In this document: piece by piece, positions 17,630-29,421 of the stretch
How positions within the stretch are numbered: the first letter of the stretch is position 1
Layout of the letters: each line of letters begins with the position of its first letter
Assembly (NCBI GenBank): GCA_033764955.1
Contig: JANRIL010000019.1
Location: 116,098 to 180,097, forward strand
DNA length: 64,000 nt
Source of the DNA: Cyanobacteriota bacterium
GTDB taxonomy: Bacteria > Cyanobacteriota > Cyanobacteriia > Thermostichales > Thermostichaceae
Reading direction: 5' to 3'
Notes under the pieces: model-generated
Databases searched by the model: none
What the model was told of the DNA's origin: nothing
What the model saw: only the letters and a program-made list of their open reading frames with translations
Translations under genes and position numbers: made by a program

Positions 17630-18805
17630 ATGGCTGATCACTTAACCCGTATGCAGGCTGTCCAGTCCCCCATTATCCCGATTGTGGCCGATTTAATTCG
17701 CCAACATCCCGGCACTATTTCCCTCGGACAAGGAATTGCCTATTATGGTCCGCCACCACAAGCCCTTGAGCAGATCCAAGCCTTTCTTGAAGATCCCACT
17801 AATCATCAATACAAAGCTGTACAGGGGATCCCGAATTTAATCACAGCCATCGAGAAAAAGCTAATTACCGATAATCAAATTTTCATTGAACCTGATCGCA
17901 ACTGTATTGTGGTGACTGCGGGTAGCAATATGGCATTTACCAATGCGGTATTGGCGATTACACAGACAGGCGACGAAATCATCTTACAAAGCCCTTACTA
18001 TTTCAATCATGAAATGGCGATTGTCATGGCGGATTGCCAGCCTGTGATTGTACCCACCAATGCCAACTATCAACTGCAAATAGAGGTGATGGCGGCGGCT
18101 ATAACCCCACGGACCAAAGCCATCGTAACAATCTCCCCTAATAACCCCAGCGGAGCTATTTATCCTGAGGCAGACCTACGGGCGGTCAATCAACTCTGTC
18201 AAGCCCACGGGATTTATCACATTCACGATCAGACCTACGAATACTTCACTTATGACGGGATCCCTTCTTTTTCTCCTGCTTCTATTCTTGGTAGCAGCGA
18301 TTACACCATTTCCTTATTTTCGTTTTCCAAAGCGTATGGGTTAGCAGGATGGCGGGTGGGATATATGGTGATTCCTGCCGCCCTATTCTTTTCCGTCCTC
18401 AAAATTCAAGATACCGTTCTAATTTGTCCCCCCATTATTTCTCAATATGCGGCGTTGGGAGCGCTGCAAGCAGGAGCTAACTATTGTCTAGAAAAATGCC
18501 AGATGATCCAACAGGTGCGGCAGATCGCTTTAGAGTCTCTCAGCGATTTGGGGGAGTGGTGCCGGATCCCGGCGGCAGCGGGAGCTTTTTATTTTCTCTT
18601 GCAAATCGACACCCCGCAAAAGACAATGACGGTGGTAGAACGCTTAATTCGGGAGCATGGCGTAGCCGTTATTCCCGGTACCACCTTTGGCATGGATTAC
18701 GGCTGCTATCTGCGGGTCGCCTACGGTGCCTTGCAAAGAGAAACAGCCGCCACAGGAATCGGACGGCTGGTTAAGGGGCTAAAAGCGGTGGTCAAAGGAT
18801 CCTAG
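17630..18805 (+). CDS. PLP-dependent class I/II aminotransferase
   Basis: SPNNPSG, HDQTYE, SFSKAYGLAGWRVGY. Confidence 0.92.
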   Translation: MADHLTRMQAVQSPIIPIVADLIRQHPGTISLGQGIAYYGPPPQALEQIQAFLEDPTNHQYKAVQGIPNLITAIEKKLITDNQIFIEPDRNCIVVTAGSNMAFTNAVLAITQTGDEIILQSPYYFNHEMAIVMADCQPVIVPTNANYQLQIEVMAAAITPRTKAIVTISPNNPSGAIYPEADLRAVNQLCQAHGIYHIHDQTYEYFTYDGIPSFSPASILGSSDYTISLFSFSKAYGLAGWRVGYMVIPAALFFSVLKIQDTVLICPPIISQYAALGALQAGANYCLEKCQMIQQVRQIALESLSDLGEWCRIPAAAGAFYFLLQIDTPQKTMTVVERLIREHGVAVIPGTTFGMDYGCYLRVAYGALQRETAATGIGRLVKGLKAVVKGS

Positions 18806-18817
18806 AGCAAGACCCCA

Positions 18818-19318
18818 TTACCCTTGCAAATGGGCTTCGATGAACCACATATCTTTGTCGATCTGGCGAGAAATTTCGGTATAAAGGTCGGCGGTATCCG
18901 CATCCCCCAAGCCACCCGACCGATCAATAGCACTGCGAACTTGGCTGGCATACTGTCCGTAGCGGCTGAGCAACGCTTCCAGATGCTCTTTCCCTTCCAC
19001 GGCGGCCAGATTGTATTCCGGTAGGGTGGAATTGTTGGCCGCGATGCGGGTTGTGCCCATTGCTACACCGCCCAGAGCCGTCACCCGCTCCGCAATCATA
19101 TCCACAAACTCTTCTAGGGTCGTGGCAAATTTGTCAAACATCTCGTGCAGAGCAATAAAGTTTATCCCTTTCACGTTCCAGTGGGCTTGTTTGACCTGGG
19201 TCTTGAGATCCAAAGTGTCTGCTAAAGATTGATTCAAAAGCTTAATCAATTGGCTCCGCACCTCCTCATCAAGATCAATATGGCTGGCGTAGAGGCGTGT
19301 TTTTTCGGTGGTTAGCAT
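18818..19318 (-). CDS. dps: DNA starvation/stationary phase protection protein Dps
   Basis: KQAHWNVKG..F..LHEMFD...DMIAER signature; ATG at 19318. Confidence 0.93.
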   Translation of the reverse strand: MLTTEKTRLYASHIDLDEEVRSQLIKLLNQSLADTLDLKTQVKQAHWNVKGINFIALHEMFDKFATTLEEFVDMIAERVTALGGVAMGTTRIAANNSTLPEYNLAAVEGKEHLEALLSRYGQYASQVRSAIDRSGGLGDADTADLYTEISRQIDKDMWFIEAHLQG

Positions 19319-19440
19319 GGACAATCTCCCGTTTAGTGGCCTAGCTGCTATTATCACCCAACCCGTCTGAGGCTTCTGACTTCCCCTCGCTCAGGGATCC
19401 CAAGGCTGCTTCCGATCCGGTAGGGTGGTCTAGCATTAAG

Positions 19441-19455
19441 TCATAGTCGTTATGA
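19441..19455. promoter_or_regulatory. Fur/PerR-like 7-1-7 palindrome upstream of dps
   Basis: TCATAGTCGTTATGA (reverse complement TCATAACGACTATGA) resembles TTATAATNATTATAA; AT-rich flanks. Confidence 0.45.
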
Positions 19456-19614
19456 GTTTATTATAGTCTATTGGGTTGGTATAGCTAGTTTCGGGATCCC
19501 TATCTACATGGAGGGCGGATCGGGGGGCTACAATTGTTTACGAGTTTTGTAACGAACTCTTGAGCTGCTTACCCTTAGACTGGTCATCCCCCTCTTCTGC
19601 TGGAGATCCCAAAG

Positions 19615-21333
19615 ATGCTACGCCTCGAACACATCAGCAAAATTTATCCGACAGGGGAAGTCCTCAGGGATGTCACCTGGGAGGTCAAGCCGGGGGATCG
19701 GATCGGGTTGGTGGGGGTAAATGGAGCGGGTAAGTCCACCCAACTCAAAATCATCGCCGGGGAAATCGAGCCAACGGGGGGAGAAATTATCCGCCCCGCC
19801 AGCCTGCACATTGCCTACCTCACCCAAGAGTTTGAGGTGGATCCGGCGCGCACCGTGCGGGAGGAGTTTTGGACGGTTTTTCAAGAAGCCAATCGTATTC
19901 AGATTTCACTAGCAGATGTCCATCGCCAGATGGAAACCGCTTCACCGGAGCTTTTGGATAAACTTCTCAACCAGATGGATCGGTTGCAGCGCCAGTTTGA
20001 AGCTATGCATGGGTATGAACTGGATGCCCGTATTGATAAAATTTTACCGGAAATGGGCTTTGAACTGGATGATGCGGATCGCTTAGTCAGCGCTTTTAGC
20101 GGCGGCTGGCAAATGCGGATGAGCTTGGGCAAGATTCTCCTCCAGAAGCCTGATGTATTGCTATTGGATGAACCCACCAACCACCTCGATCTAGAAACGA
20201 TTGAATGGTTGGAGAATTATCTCAAGAACCTAACGATTCCAATGGTGATTGTCTCCCATGACCGTGAGTTTTTGGATCGGTTATGCACTCAAATCGTGGA
20301 AACAGAGCGGGGCGTATCGACCACCTATTTGGGTAACTATTCCACCTATCTGCAACAGAAACAGGAACAAAAGAACGCCCAACTTAGCGCCTATGAACGG
20401 CAACAAAAGGAACTGGAAAAACAGCAGGTATTCATCGATCGCTTTCGAGCCAGTGCCACCCGCAGTACCCAAGCCAAAAGCCGTGAAAAACTACTGGAAA
20501 AGGTTGAACGCATTGAGGTGCCGATTAGTGATGTTCGCACCCTACATTTTCGCTTTCCCCCCTCTCCACGCAGCGGTCGGGAGGTCGTCGAGATTAAAGA
20601 TTTGGTGCATCAATATGGAGACAAAATCCTTTTTCTGGGGGCTAACCTTTTAATCGAACGAGGGGATCGGATTGCTTTTTTAGGCCCGAATGGGGCTGGT
20701 AAATCAACGTTGCTGCATTTGATTATGGGCATGGAAAAACCTAGCGACGGCTTGGTCAAGCTCGGCGATCATGGAGTGATTCCTGCTTATTTTGAGCAGA
20801 ATCAGGCAGAAGCTCTCGACCTCAATAGAACCGTCATGGAAACGATCCATGATGAAGTTCCCCAGTGGAAGAATGAAGAGGTGAGAACGCTCTTAGGCCG
20901 CTTTTTATTTAGCGGAGATACCGTTTTCAAAAAAGTAGAAGCCCTGAGTGGAGGCGAGAAGGCTCGACTGGCTTTAGCCAAAATGCTGCTCAAGCCTGCC
21001 AATCTATTGATTTTAGATGAACCCACTAATCACCTAGATATTCCTGCTAAAGAAATGTTGGAAGAGGCGATTCAAAACTATGATGGCACGGTCATTGTTG
21101 TTTCCCATGATCGCTATTTCATCTCCCAGATTGCTAACAAAATTGTAGAGATCCGTGATGGTGAGTTAATTCCTTATGCCGGAGACTATTCCTATTATCT
21201 GAGCAAAATTGAAGAAGAGAAAGAAAAGGCTAGGCAAGCCAAAATGGCCAGCGAAAAGGCCGATAAGGCAGCCGCTAAGCGCGCCAAAGAGCGGGAGAAA
21301 GAGAAGGCTAAAAAAGCAGCCGCTAAGTCTTAA
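19615..21333 (+). CDS. ABC-F family ATPase
   Basis: Two ABC domains (GVNGAGKST and GPNGAGKST; DEPTNHLD twice), an inter-domain linker, no TM segments. Confidence 0.95.
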   Translation: MLRLEHISKIYPTGEVLRDVTWEVKPGDRIGLVGVNGAGKSTQLKIIAGEIEPTGGEIIRPASLHIAYLTQEFEVDPARTVREEFWTVFQEANRIQISLADVHRQMETASPELLDKLLNQMDRLQRQFEAMHGYELDARIDKILPEMGFELDDADRLVSAFSGGWQMRMSLGKILLQKPDVLLLDEPTNHLDLETIEWLENYLKNLTIPMVIVSHDREFLDRLCTQIVETERGVSTTYLGNYSTYLQQKQEQKNAQLSAYERQQKELEKQQVFIDRFRASATRSTQAKSREKLLEKVERIEVPISDVRTLHFRFPPSPRSGREVVEIKDLVHQYGDKILFLGANLLIERGDRIAFLGPNGAGKSTLLHLIMGMEKPSDGLVKLGDHGVIPAYFEQNQAEALDLNRTVMETIHDEVPQWKNEEVRTLLGRFLFSGDTVFKKVEALSGGEKARLALAKMLLKPANLLILDEPTNHLDIPAKEMLEEAIQNYDGTVIVVSHDRYFISQIANKIVEIRDGELIPYAGDYSYYLSKIEEEKEKARQAKMASEKADKAAAKRAKEREKEKAKKAAAKS

Positions 21334-21387
21334 TGGTTTCAGTTGATTGTTCAGTAAAAATTGGTTGGATTGATTCCTTGAGTTCCC

Positions 21388-23283
21388 TTAATCCCAGTCC
21401 GCCCACTCTGTCTCGGTAATAGTTGTGCCAGGAAATTCAATCGGGTTACCCAGTTGAATGATTTGTTCTTGGAGTCGGCGTAGGGTTTGTTGCTGCCTGA
21501 GGGAGGGTTGGGGGATCCCGGCGGGGTAAATATCTTGCTCTAGGGCAAAGGAGGCCACATGTCCGGCAGCCGTACCAATTGCCCATTCCACTGGATGAAC
21601 CCGATAGGCGGCGCTGGCGATGCGGGTAGTGGCGATATTTTTGGCTCCCGCCAGCAAATTATCCAGCTTTTGAGGAATCAACGCCCGCAGAGGAATTTGA
21701 AAAGGGTAACCAGGGGACTGAGAATCTTTGTTGTTGGCGGGAGGCAACGAGAAATCTGGCTGAAGACAGTCATGGAAATCGATGGCATACTGCCCTACCC
21801 CAACGCTGTCATAAAATACATAGGGTCTCCCCCGCTGCGACTCCGACGGTTTGCGGGTGAAGTCGCTTTCGTAGATGGCAAACCCATCGGGATATCCCAA
21901 ACTAGGGCGACCAATCAGCCGCCGCGCCTCTCGAATGTAGGGATACTTAGAAAGACCGGAAGCGGATCCCATCGGGCTATCGGATCCCTGTAGGTACTTA
22001 AAGCGCAGGTAATAGTCCTTCTGAAAACTGGGATCCTCCTGTTGCAGCAAAAAATCGGTGGTTCCGGCCACCAGCCAATAGAAAAATCCTAGGGCATGTT
22101 CTTCTCCTTGCTGCAAGGCTTCTGGGCGCAATCCTCCCCGCCAACCTCCTGCCTCCAGTTGTCCAGACTCCGCCAGTTGAGCCTGGGTGAGAATAAAATT
22201 AGAGTCGGGGGTGCTAATTCGCCAGTCATTCCCCCATGTCCAATTTTGCATGGACTGATCCCCAACCCGAATGGCCTCGGCTGTGGTTCCGGCTACCTCT
22301 CCTTTAATACGACGGTAGGTAAAAATGAGAGGGAAGTTGAAACGGGGCAGCTCATAGCTATAGTAGGGGCCATGTTCCGGCTCATCATAAAAATCTGGCT
22401 TGACGGGTAGTTGCGGAAACTCCGTATGCTCCATCACAAAGGTATAGGTAAACCCCTGCGTGCAATAGGGATCTACAATAGGCTTGCCGCTGGGTTCCCA
22501 GATGGTTTTTTCATCCGTACCCAAACGGTAGGGGACATCCGCCAACGGCCATAGTTCTCCGGTCTCGGTGGCATCAATCACCATCCAAGGGATGCGGTTT
22601 TCGCTCCGTTCCGGCGGCGGCAGAAAGGTGATGAGTTCCTTATCCCAGTTCTCAGAGGGGTTAGGGTCATACCAATCCAAAAAATACTCCGAGAGATTGC
22701 CCCGCTGCCCCCCCACCAGTTCTAGCTTTTTGGGAATATGGCGGATGGCCTGCACCGAGCGAATCAAATTGTCTTGGGTTTCTAAATCTTTGATCACCGT
22801 ATCGGTGAACAGGTGCAGTTGCCCACTGTCGATATAGGGTTTGAGCATCTCATTCAACACCTGATGCCCCACCTGGGGAGAAAAACAGAGGACGCTCACC
22901 CAGCACTTACCCGGATTGGGATCCCCGCCATAAGCCGCGATCACCCGCTCCCGAAACTCTTCGTAGCCCGCCGGAAAAATGAACTGCTCCCGTTGCAGCC
23001 GCCGTTCATCCAGAGCCGATACCCCCTGCGCCGACACTTGCCCGCCAATCCAGTCGGTGATTTCGGTCATACAGACCTGCCGCCCCAACCGCAAACTGTC
23101 AAAGGCTGCCGCCACCCCGCCCAACCCTCCCCCGGCCACTAAGATCTCACAGGCAACGGTGCGGGGTGGCAGGTCGGGAGAATTGTCCTGAGCCTGTACG
23201 GAGGGGAAAAGGGATCCCAGCCCTAGCATGAGTAGACTTAGTTTGAGGGCGGTAGCAACGCTCGTCGAAAGAAAAGGTGACAT
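21388..23283 (-). CDS. Secreted FAD-dependent oxidoreductase (FAD_oxidored-like)
   Basis: Signal peptide, VAGGGLGG, IDATETGE, PYIREARR, YRVHPVEW. Confidence 0.8.
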   Translation of the reverse strand: MSPFLSTSVATALKLSLLMLGLGSLFPSVQAQDNSPDLPPRTVACEILVAGGGLGGVAAAFDSLRLGRQVCMTEITDWIGGQVSAQGVSALDERRLQREQFIFPAGYEEFRERVIAAYGGDPNPGKCWVSVLCFSPQVGHQVLNEMLKPYIDSGQLHLFTDTVIKDLETQDNLIRSVQAIRHIPKKLELVGGQRGNLSEYFLDWYDPNPSENWDKELITFLPPPERSENRIPWMVIDATETGELWPLADVPYRLGTDEKTIWEPSGKPIVDPYCTQGFTYTFVMEHTEFPQLPVKPDFYDEPEHGPYYSYELPRFNFPLIFTYRRIKGEVAGTTAEAIRVGDQSMQNWTWGNDWRISTPDSNFILTQAQLAESGQLEAGGWRGGLRPEALQQGEEHALGFFYWLVAGTTDFLLQQEDPSFQKDYYLRFKYLQGSDSPMGSASGLSKYPYIREARRLIGRPSLGYPDGFAIYESDFTRKPSESQRGRPYVFYDSVGVGQYAIDFHDCLQPDFSLPPANNKDSQSPGYPFQIPLRALIPQKLDNLLAGAKNIATTRIASAAYRVHPVEWAIGTAAGHVASFALEQDIYPAGIPQPSLRQQQTLRRLQEQIIQLGNPIEFPGTTITETEWADWD

Positions 23284-23472
23284 TGATTGGGGATCCCGGA
23301 CATTCTCAACACTCGTTTTCTCAGCCTATCAAACCTTGACCCCCTAGCCAGCAGCAGGTCATCCCGCAGGAGGGTTATTGCCAGAGAAAATCGACAGAAA
23401 AATAGTGAGATAACCAAGGAAACAACTCCACAGCATCCTTTCAGGAGAATCGGGCTGTGCAATCCAAAAAAA

Positions 23473-23546
<74 letters not shown>

Positions 23547-23576
23547 TTAGCGGACTGGGTTGAAACCAGCTTGTTC

Positions 23577-23606
23577 ACTATAGCCTGTTTGTTACAAAAT
23601 CAGCAA
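23577..23606 (-). promoter_or_regulatory. Sigma70-type promoter for tRNA-fMet
   Basis: TTGCTG-N18-TATAGT, 30 nt upstream of the tRNA. Confidence 0.55.
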
Positions 23607-23909
23607 GCGGTGGATCCCTTAGGGATCGAGAGCGTTCATGCTGAAATCAGCAAGAAAGAGACCAAACAAGACACTTTGCCAGACTTCACTAATTAAGATA
23701 TGCTAAATGTCCCAAGCTGTATGTCAACCCGCATCAGCAAGGGATCCGGACTACAAAAGTTGACTGAATCAAATTGATTGTGGTCAAAACTTCCTTTGCC
23801 AGGAGTTCAGTCTCTCGGAAGTTCCCTTCCCTAGTATTCCTTGTGACATCCTTCCCCTGGTTTGTATCTTAGGCTCGTTGCTAACCTTGACTCCCCATCG
23901 CTCACCGCC

Positions 23910-26900
23910 ATGCATCACCCCTCCCTTTCTTCCCCATCACGCCATTGGGATCGTTGGTTAACTCAAGAACGTGATGCCTGTGGGGTGGGTTTTTTGGTAG
24001 ATCAACAGGGTCGGGCTAGCCACCATCTGATCCAACAGACCTTGACGGCTCTCACCTGTATGGAGCATCGCGGTGGCTGCGGCGGTGACAATGAAAGCGG
24101 AGACGGAGCAGGGATCACAACGGCGATTCCGTGGGCACTCCTGCAGCAGTGGGCGGAGACCCAAGGGTTAGGGCAATTGGATCCCAGCCATAGCGCGGTG
24201 GGGATGATCTTTCTGCCTCAGGATCCCCATCTGGCGGAGCAAGTGTGTCAATCCATTACTGAGCATGTGGCGACCACGGAGTGGCGGATCCTGGGCTGGC
24301 GGGAGGTGCCCGTTGCACCGGAGCGGTTGGGGCCAATGGCTCGGCAAAATCAGCCTCAGATTAGGCAACTGCTCCTGCGCCATCCTCAACTGGTAGGGGA
24401 TCCCTTAGAACGCGAGCTTTATCTCCTCAGAAAGCGGCTGGAGCACAAGGTCACCCGTACCTTTGGCTCGGATGCCCTCTACTTTGTTTCTCTCTCCTCC
24501 CGCACGATTGTCTACAAGGGGATGGTGCAGTCAGCGGTTCTGGGACAGTTTTATCTCGATCTGCAAAATCCCGCCTACGTCAGCTTCTATGCCGCCTATC
24601 ACCGCCGCTTCAGCACCAATACCCTCCCCCGCTGGCCGTTGGCGCAGCCGATGCGCTATCTCGGTCATAACGGCGAGATCAACACCTTTTTAGGCAATGT
24701 CAACTGGATGATGGCGCGGGAGCAAACCCTGGCTCATCCCTGCTGGGGGGAACAGGTGAAGGATCTCGAACCGATTGTGGATCCCGATGCCAGCGATTCT
24801 GCCGCCCTCGATAATGTCCTGGAACTCTTGGTGCGTTCAGGACATTCTCCCCTTCAGGCCATGATGATCTTGATTCCTGAAGCCTACCGCAACCAGCCGG
24901 AATTACAGCCCTATCCTGAGGTGGCGGATTTCTACGAATTTTATGGAGGCTTGCAGGAACCGTGGGACGGCCCCGCTATGGTGGTGTTTTGTGATGGCAA
25001 GTGGATTGGCGCTACTTTAGACCGCAACGGATTACGGCCTGCTCGCTATGCTATTACCCGTGATGGGTTGATCTCCGTTGGCTCGGAAGCGGGGGTCATT
25101 GATCTGCCAGAATCCGAAATCCTGGAAAAAGGCCGCTTGGGACCCGGACAAATGCTCGCCTTCGACCTAGAGGAGCGGCAGGTTTTGAAAAATTGGCAAA
25201 TCAAGCGACAAGTTGCCAGCCAAAAACCCTATGGAGCTTGGTTAGCGGCTCATCGCTCCGCTTTGGTGGCGCATACCTTTGATACGCACACCCATCTCAG
25301 TGAAAGTCAGTTATTGCAGGCTCAAACAGCTTTTGGCTATTCCGCCGAAGATGTAGAGATGGTTTTGGAGGATATGGCGGCTACCGGTAAAGAGCCAACC
25401 TTCTGCATGGGGGATGACACTCCTCTGGCGGTACTATCTACCCAGCCCCACCCCCTCTACGACTATTTCAAGCAACGCTTTGCCCAGGTGACGAATCCGC
25501 CCATTGATCCGCTGCGGGAAAGCTTGGTCATGTCCCTGGATGTCTATCTGGGATCCCGTGGCAACTTGCTTGATGCCCAACCCGAAGCCGCTCGTCTCTT
25601 ACATCTGCGTAGCCCTGTTTTGAATGAGGCGGAGTTAGAAGCCTTACGGCAGAGCCATCTGACTAGCCAAACCCTCTCTATGTTGTTCCCAGTAGCAGAG
25701 GGATCCCTAGCTCTGGCTTCTACCCTAGAAAGCCTTTGCCAAGCGGCGGCAGAGGCCGTCAGAAATGGCGTAGAAATCTTAATTTTATCGGATCGAGGAC
25801 TGGACGCCGAACAAGCCTTGATCCCCCCTTTGTTGGCAGTGGGATCCATTCATCACTATCTGATTCGCCAAGGGATCCGTCTTCAGGTCTCCCTGCTGGT
25901 AGAAACCGCTCAATGCTGGAGTACCCACCACTTTGCCTGTTTGATCGGTTACGGAGCCAGTGCCATTTGTCCGTATCTGGCCTACGAAACCGTGCGGCAA
26001 TGGTGGCACAAACCCAAGACCCAAACCCAGATGACTGGCAGTGGATTGCCCGCCCTCTCGTTGACGGAGGTGCAGTTAAAATATCGCGCCGCCATTGAAG
26101 CCGGACTGCTCAAAATTCTCTCCAAAATGGGTATCTCCCTGCTTTCCAGCTATCATGGTGCCCAAATTTTTGAAGCGATTGGTCTCAGTTCAGAAGTTGT
26201 ACAACTGGCTTTTTGCGGTACGGTTTCCCGTGTGGGAGGGATGACCCTGGAGGATCTAGCACGGGAAGTTAGGATCAATCACGAGAAGGCTTTCCCTGAG
26301 CTACAGACGAGTAAGCTGGAAAACTTTGGCTTTATTCAGTCCCGTCCCAAGGGGGAATATCACATCAACAGCCCGCAAATGGCTAAGCTTTTGCACAAAG
26401 CCATTGCCTCCAAACAGCCGGATCACTACGACATCTATCGTCGTTCCCTGCAAGAGCGTCCAGCCACGGCACTGCGCGACCTGCTGGAGTTTAGCAGTGA
26501 TCGTTCCCCTATCTCTATTGAGGAAGTCGAACCAGCCAGCCATCTGTATAGCCGCTTTGCTACCGGCGGCATGTCGTTGGGAGCGCTTAGCCGCGAAGCC
26601 CATGAGACCCTGGCGATTGCCATGAATCGGATTGGCGGCAAATCCAACTCTGGTGAGGGGGGGGAGGATCCGGATCGCTATCTGATGATTGCGGATGTGA
26701 CCGCCGATGGTCGGTCAACCCTCTTTCCCCACCTCAAAGGGTTACAGGCGGGGGATAGCGCCAGTTCTGCTATCAAGCAGGTGGCCTCCGGTCGCTTTGG
26801 CGTCACCCCTGAATACTTACTTAATGCCCAACAAATCGAGATCAAGATTGCCCAAGGTGCTAAACCGGGGGAAGGCGGGCAACTTCCTGGCAAAAAGGTA

Positions 26901-28508
26901 AGTCCTTACATTGCGCGGTTGCGCCGCTCTAAAGCGGGTGTGCCTCTGATTTCACCCCCTCCCCACCACGATATTTACTCGATTGAAGATCTGGCGCAAT
27001 TGATTTTCGACCTGCATCAAATCAACCCACGGGCAAAGGTTTCCGTCAAACTGGTGGCTGAGATTGGTATTGGGACGATTGCAGCGGGAGTGGCGAAGGC
27101 CAACGCGGATGTCATCCAAATTTCTGGGCATGACGGGGGGACGGGAGCTTCTCCCCTCAGCTCTATTAAACATGCGGGTGGCCCCTGGGAATTGGGGCTG
27201 ACAGAGGTACATCGTGCCCTGTTGCTGAACGGGCTGCGGGATCGCTCAGTTTTGCGGGTGGATGGTGGGATCCGCACCGGTTGGGAAGTGGTGATGGCGG
27301 CCATGCTGGGAGCCGAAGAGTTTGGCTTTGGCACGGTGGCAATGATTGCTGAAGGCTGCATCATGGCGCGGGTCTGCCACATGAACACCTGTCCGGTGGG
27401 GGTAACCAGTCAAAAAGAAGAACTGCGTGCCCGCTTCCCTGGTACTCCCGACCATGTGGTGACCTTTTTTGTCTACATAGCTGAGGAGATCCGCCAGATA
27501 TTGGCTCGATTGGGCTATCGTTCTCTGCGGGATGTGATTGGGCGGGCGGATTTGCTGCAACCTCGCCGAGATGTTACCCTCGCCAAAACGGACAAGCTGG
27601 ATCTGGCCTGTCTCCTGGAACTGCCGGATGCGGATTCTGAAGCAGGACGGTATTGGCTGCACCACGAAGCGGTTCACTCCAACGGCTGGGTGCTCGATGA
27701 TCAGATCCTTCAGGATCCTCAACTACAGACCGCTATCCAAACCTGTGGTTCTGCCAAGCTAGAAAGCAAAATTGTCAACACTGATCGCACCGTGGGTGGA
27801 CGGATTGCCGGGGTGGTTGCTCAGCAATACGGCGACACTGGTTTTGCTCAGCGGGGTGGGCAGATTGACCTGCATTTTGTGGGCAGTGCTGGACAAAGTT
27901 TTGCCGCGTTTAATCTGGCCGGCATCCGCTTGCTGCTGACGGGCGAGGCCAATGACTATGTGGGCAAGAGCATGTGTGGTGGGGAGATCATTCTCAAGCC
28001 CCCCTCCGACTGCCCACGGGATCCCTCGCAAAACGTGATTCTGGGCAACACCTGCCTCTACGGAGCCACTGGGGGATATCTGTTTGCTAATGGGCAGGCG
28101 GGCGAACGATTTGCCGTGCGAAACTCTGGTGCTCAGGCGGTGATCGAGGGCAGTGGGGATCACTGCTGTGAATATATGACCGGGGGTGTGGTGGTGGTAC
28201 TGGGATCCGTGGGTCGCAATGTGGGGGCGGGCATGACCGGTGGCCTCGCCTACATTTTGGATGAATCCGGGGACTTCGCGGCTAAGGTTAACTCTGAAAT
28301 TGTTCGCATTCAACGGGTGCAGACGGCGGCGGCAGAGCAGCAGGTACGGCAGTTGGTAGAACAGCACTATGACCGTACCCAAAGCCCAAAAGCTCTGGAG
28401 ATTTTGCAAAACTGGCAAACTTATTTGCCCAAGTTCTGGCAGGTGATCCCCCCCTCCGAAGACAACTCCGAGTTCACGCATCCGCAATTGCAGACCGCCC
28501 AGGTGTGA
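23910..28508 (+). CDS. glsF: Ferredoxin-dependent glutamate synthase (GOGAT large-subunit family)
   Basis: ERDA|CGVGF amidotransferase start, FMN-domain motifs, 3Fe-4[19 protein letters not shown]-terminal domain; no gltD follows. Confidence 0.92.
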   Translation: MHHPSLSSPSRHWDRWLTQERDACGVGFLVDQQGRASHHLIQQTLTALTCMEHRGGCGGDNESGDGAGITTAIPWALLQQWAETQGLGQLDPSHSAVGMIFLPQDPHLAEQVCQSITEHVATTEWRILGWREVPVAPERLGPMARQNQPQIRQLLLRHPQLVGDPLERELYLLRKRLEHKVTRTFGSDALYFVSLSSRTIVYKGMVQSAVLGQFYLDLQNPAYVSFYAAYHRRFSTNTLPRWPLAQPMRYLGHNGEINTFLGNVNWMMAREQTLAHPCWGEQVKDLEPIVDPDASDSAALDNVLELLVRSGHSPLQAMMILIPEAYRNQPELQPYPEVADFYEFYGGLQEPWDGPAMVVFCDGKWIGATLDRNGLRPARYAITRDGLISVGSEAGVIDLPESEILEKGRLGPGQMLAFDLEERQVLKNWQIKRQVASQKPYGAWLAAHRSALVAHTFDTHTHLSESQLLQAQTAFGYSAEDVEMVLEDMAATGKEPTFCMGDDTPLAVLSTQPHPLYDYFKQRFAQVTNPPIDPLRESLVMSLDVYLGSRGNLLDAQPEAARLLHLRSPVLNEAELEALRQSHLTSQTLSMLFPVAEGSLALASTLESLCQAAAEAVRNGVEILILSDRGLDAEQALIPPLLAVGSIHHYLIRQGIRLQVSLLVETAQCWSTHHFACLIGYGASAICPYLAYETVRQWWHKPKTQTQMTGSGLPALSLTEVQLKYRAAIEAGLLKILSKMGISLLSSYHGAQIFEAIGLSSEVVQLAFCGTVSRVGGMTLEDLAREVRINHEKAFPELQTSKLENFGFIQSRPKGEYHINSPQMAKLLHKAIASKQPDHYDIYRRSLQERPATALRDLLEFSSDRSPISIEEVEPASHLYSRFATGGMSLGALSREAHETLAIAMNRIGGKSNSGEGGEDPDRYLMIADVTADGRSTLFPHLKGLQAGDSASSAIKQVASGRFGVTPEYLLNAQQIEIKIAQGAKPGEGGQLPGKKVSPYIARLRRSKAGVPLISPPPHHDIYSIEDLAQLIFDLHQINPRAKVSVKLVAEIGIGTIAAGVAKANADVIQISGHDGGTGASPLSSIKHAGGPWELGLTEVHRALLLNGLRDRSVLRVDGGIRTGWEVVMAAMLGAEEFGFGTVAMIAEGCIMARVCHMNTCPVGVTSQKEELRARFPGTPDHVVTFFVYIAEEIRQILARLGYRSLRDVIGRADLLQPRRDVTLAKTDKLDLACLLELPDADSEAGRYWLHHEAVHSNGWVLDDQILQDPQLQTAIQTCGSAKLESKIVNTDRTVGGRIAGVVAQQYGDTGFAQRGGQIDLHFVGSAGQSFAAFNLAGIRLLLTGEANDYVGKSMCGGEIILKPPSDCPRDPSQNVILGNTCLYGATGGYLFANGQAGERFAVRNSGAQAVIEGSGDHCCEYMTGGVVVVLGSVGRNVGAGMTGGLAYILDESGDFAAKVNSEIVRIQRVQTAAAEQQVRQLVEQHYDRTQSPKALEILQNWQTYLPKFWQVIPPSEDNSEFTHPQLQTAQV

Positions 28509-28522
28509 GGGATCCCCTCGCT

Positions 28523-29152
28523 TTAGCTGTCCATCATCTGCCAAAGCTGCCACCCCCCCAACAGAAGGAACAGCCCTCCCGCTATCCAGGTCAGCATCCG
28601 CTCCGAGAGGGAGTAGGCTAGCCAGCGTCCGCTCAACACGGCTAAACTGGCGCAAATGCCATGGCCGAGGATGGCTCCTAAAACCGTCGTCCAGAGCGGA
28701 TAAGCGGAGGAGAGGGCGATGGTGGTAATCTGGGTGCGGTCTCCCCACTCGCCTAAAAAGGTGAGTCCAAAGGCTTGGCACGCTGTTCGCACGGGCAAGG
28801 ATCCCCAACTGAACAGGGGAAGTGCAGGGGATCCCGTCACGGTTGATGCGGCTCCCTCCCACTCCGAACAGGCTGCGCTGGGATCCATCCCGTAGGCTTG
28901 GTAGAGTAGCTTGGCGGCAAATCCCCAAAATAAGAGCAAGACGGCGAGATCGATGAAGTGCTGGGGCAGCCAAACCAACACTTGCCCCAGCAGCGCGGAA
29001 ATCAACGTCATCAAAGCTAAGGCGGTGATCACCCCGCTGAACACCCAAACTCGCGGCAAACGGGTGGCTAAAATCATCGCAATGAAGAAGGTCTTATCCC
29101 CCAATTCGGAAATAGTAATCAGAAATAGGGCTGAAATAAATCCCAGGCTCAT
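28523..29152 (-). CDS. TMEM165/GDT1 (UPF0016) family cation (Mn2+/Ca2+) transporter
   Basis: Two signature motifs, ELGDKT and EWGDRT. Confidence 0.9.
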   Translation of the reverse strand: MSLGFISALFLITISELGDKTFFIAMILATRLPRVWVFSGVITALALMTLISALLGQVLVWLPQHFIDLAVLLLFWGFAAKLLYQAYGMDPSAACSEWEGAASTVTGSPALPLFSWGSLPVRTACQAFGLTFLGEWGDRTQITTIALSSAYPLWTTVLGAILGHGICASLAVLSGRWLAYSLSERMLTWIAGGLFLLLGGWQLWQMMDS

Positions 29153-29421
29153 TATCTCTTCATCCCAAATTGCAAAACAGAGGCAAGCAATACCTTATCA
29201 AGGTAGCAGCTTCCCAAGTTAATTACTTTCATAATTGGGTCATCATCAAATCATCATTGATTCATAGTTTTCCTGTCAGAATCTAATTCAGAAAACCTAC
29301 CACTTCCCCTAGACATCATCCGCTAACTTTCTCTTTTTAGCGAACCTCCCCTTAAAACTCCGATACAAACGTTAAGATCGATAGGATCTGTCCGTCGTGT
29401 TTTGGGGTTGAGGAGTGAGGC

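Noticed and set aside
23288..23472. Integrated element at the 3' end of tRNA-fMet
   Set aside because: No integrase and no duplicated tRNA 3' end seen; the flank contains the host GGGATCCC motif.
27759..29048. 429-aa minus-strand ORF
   Set aside because: Antisense to glsF and out of frame with the GDT1-family gene; no recognisable motifs; shadow ORF.
29360..29376. LexA box upstream of uvrA
   Set aside because: GATACAAACGTTA matches the cyanobacterial RGTAC-N3-DGTWC consensus too poorly.
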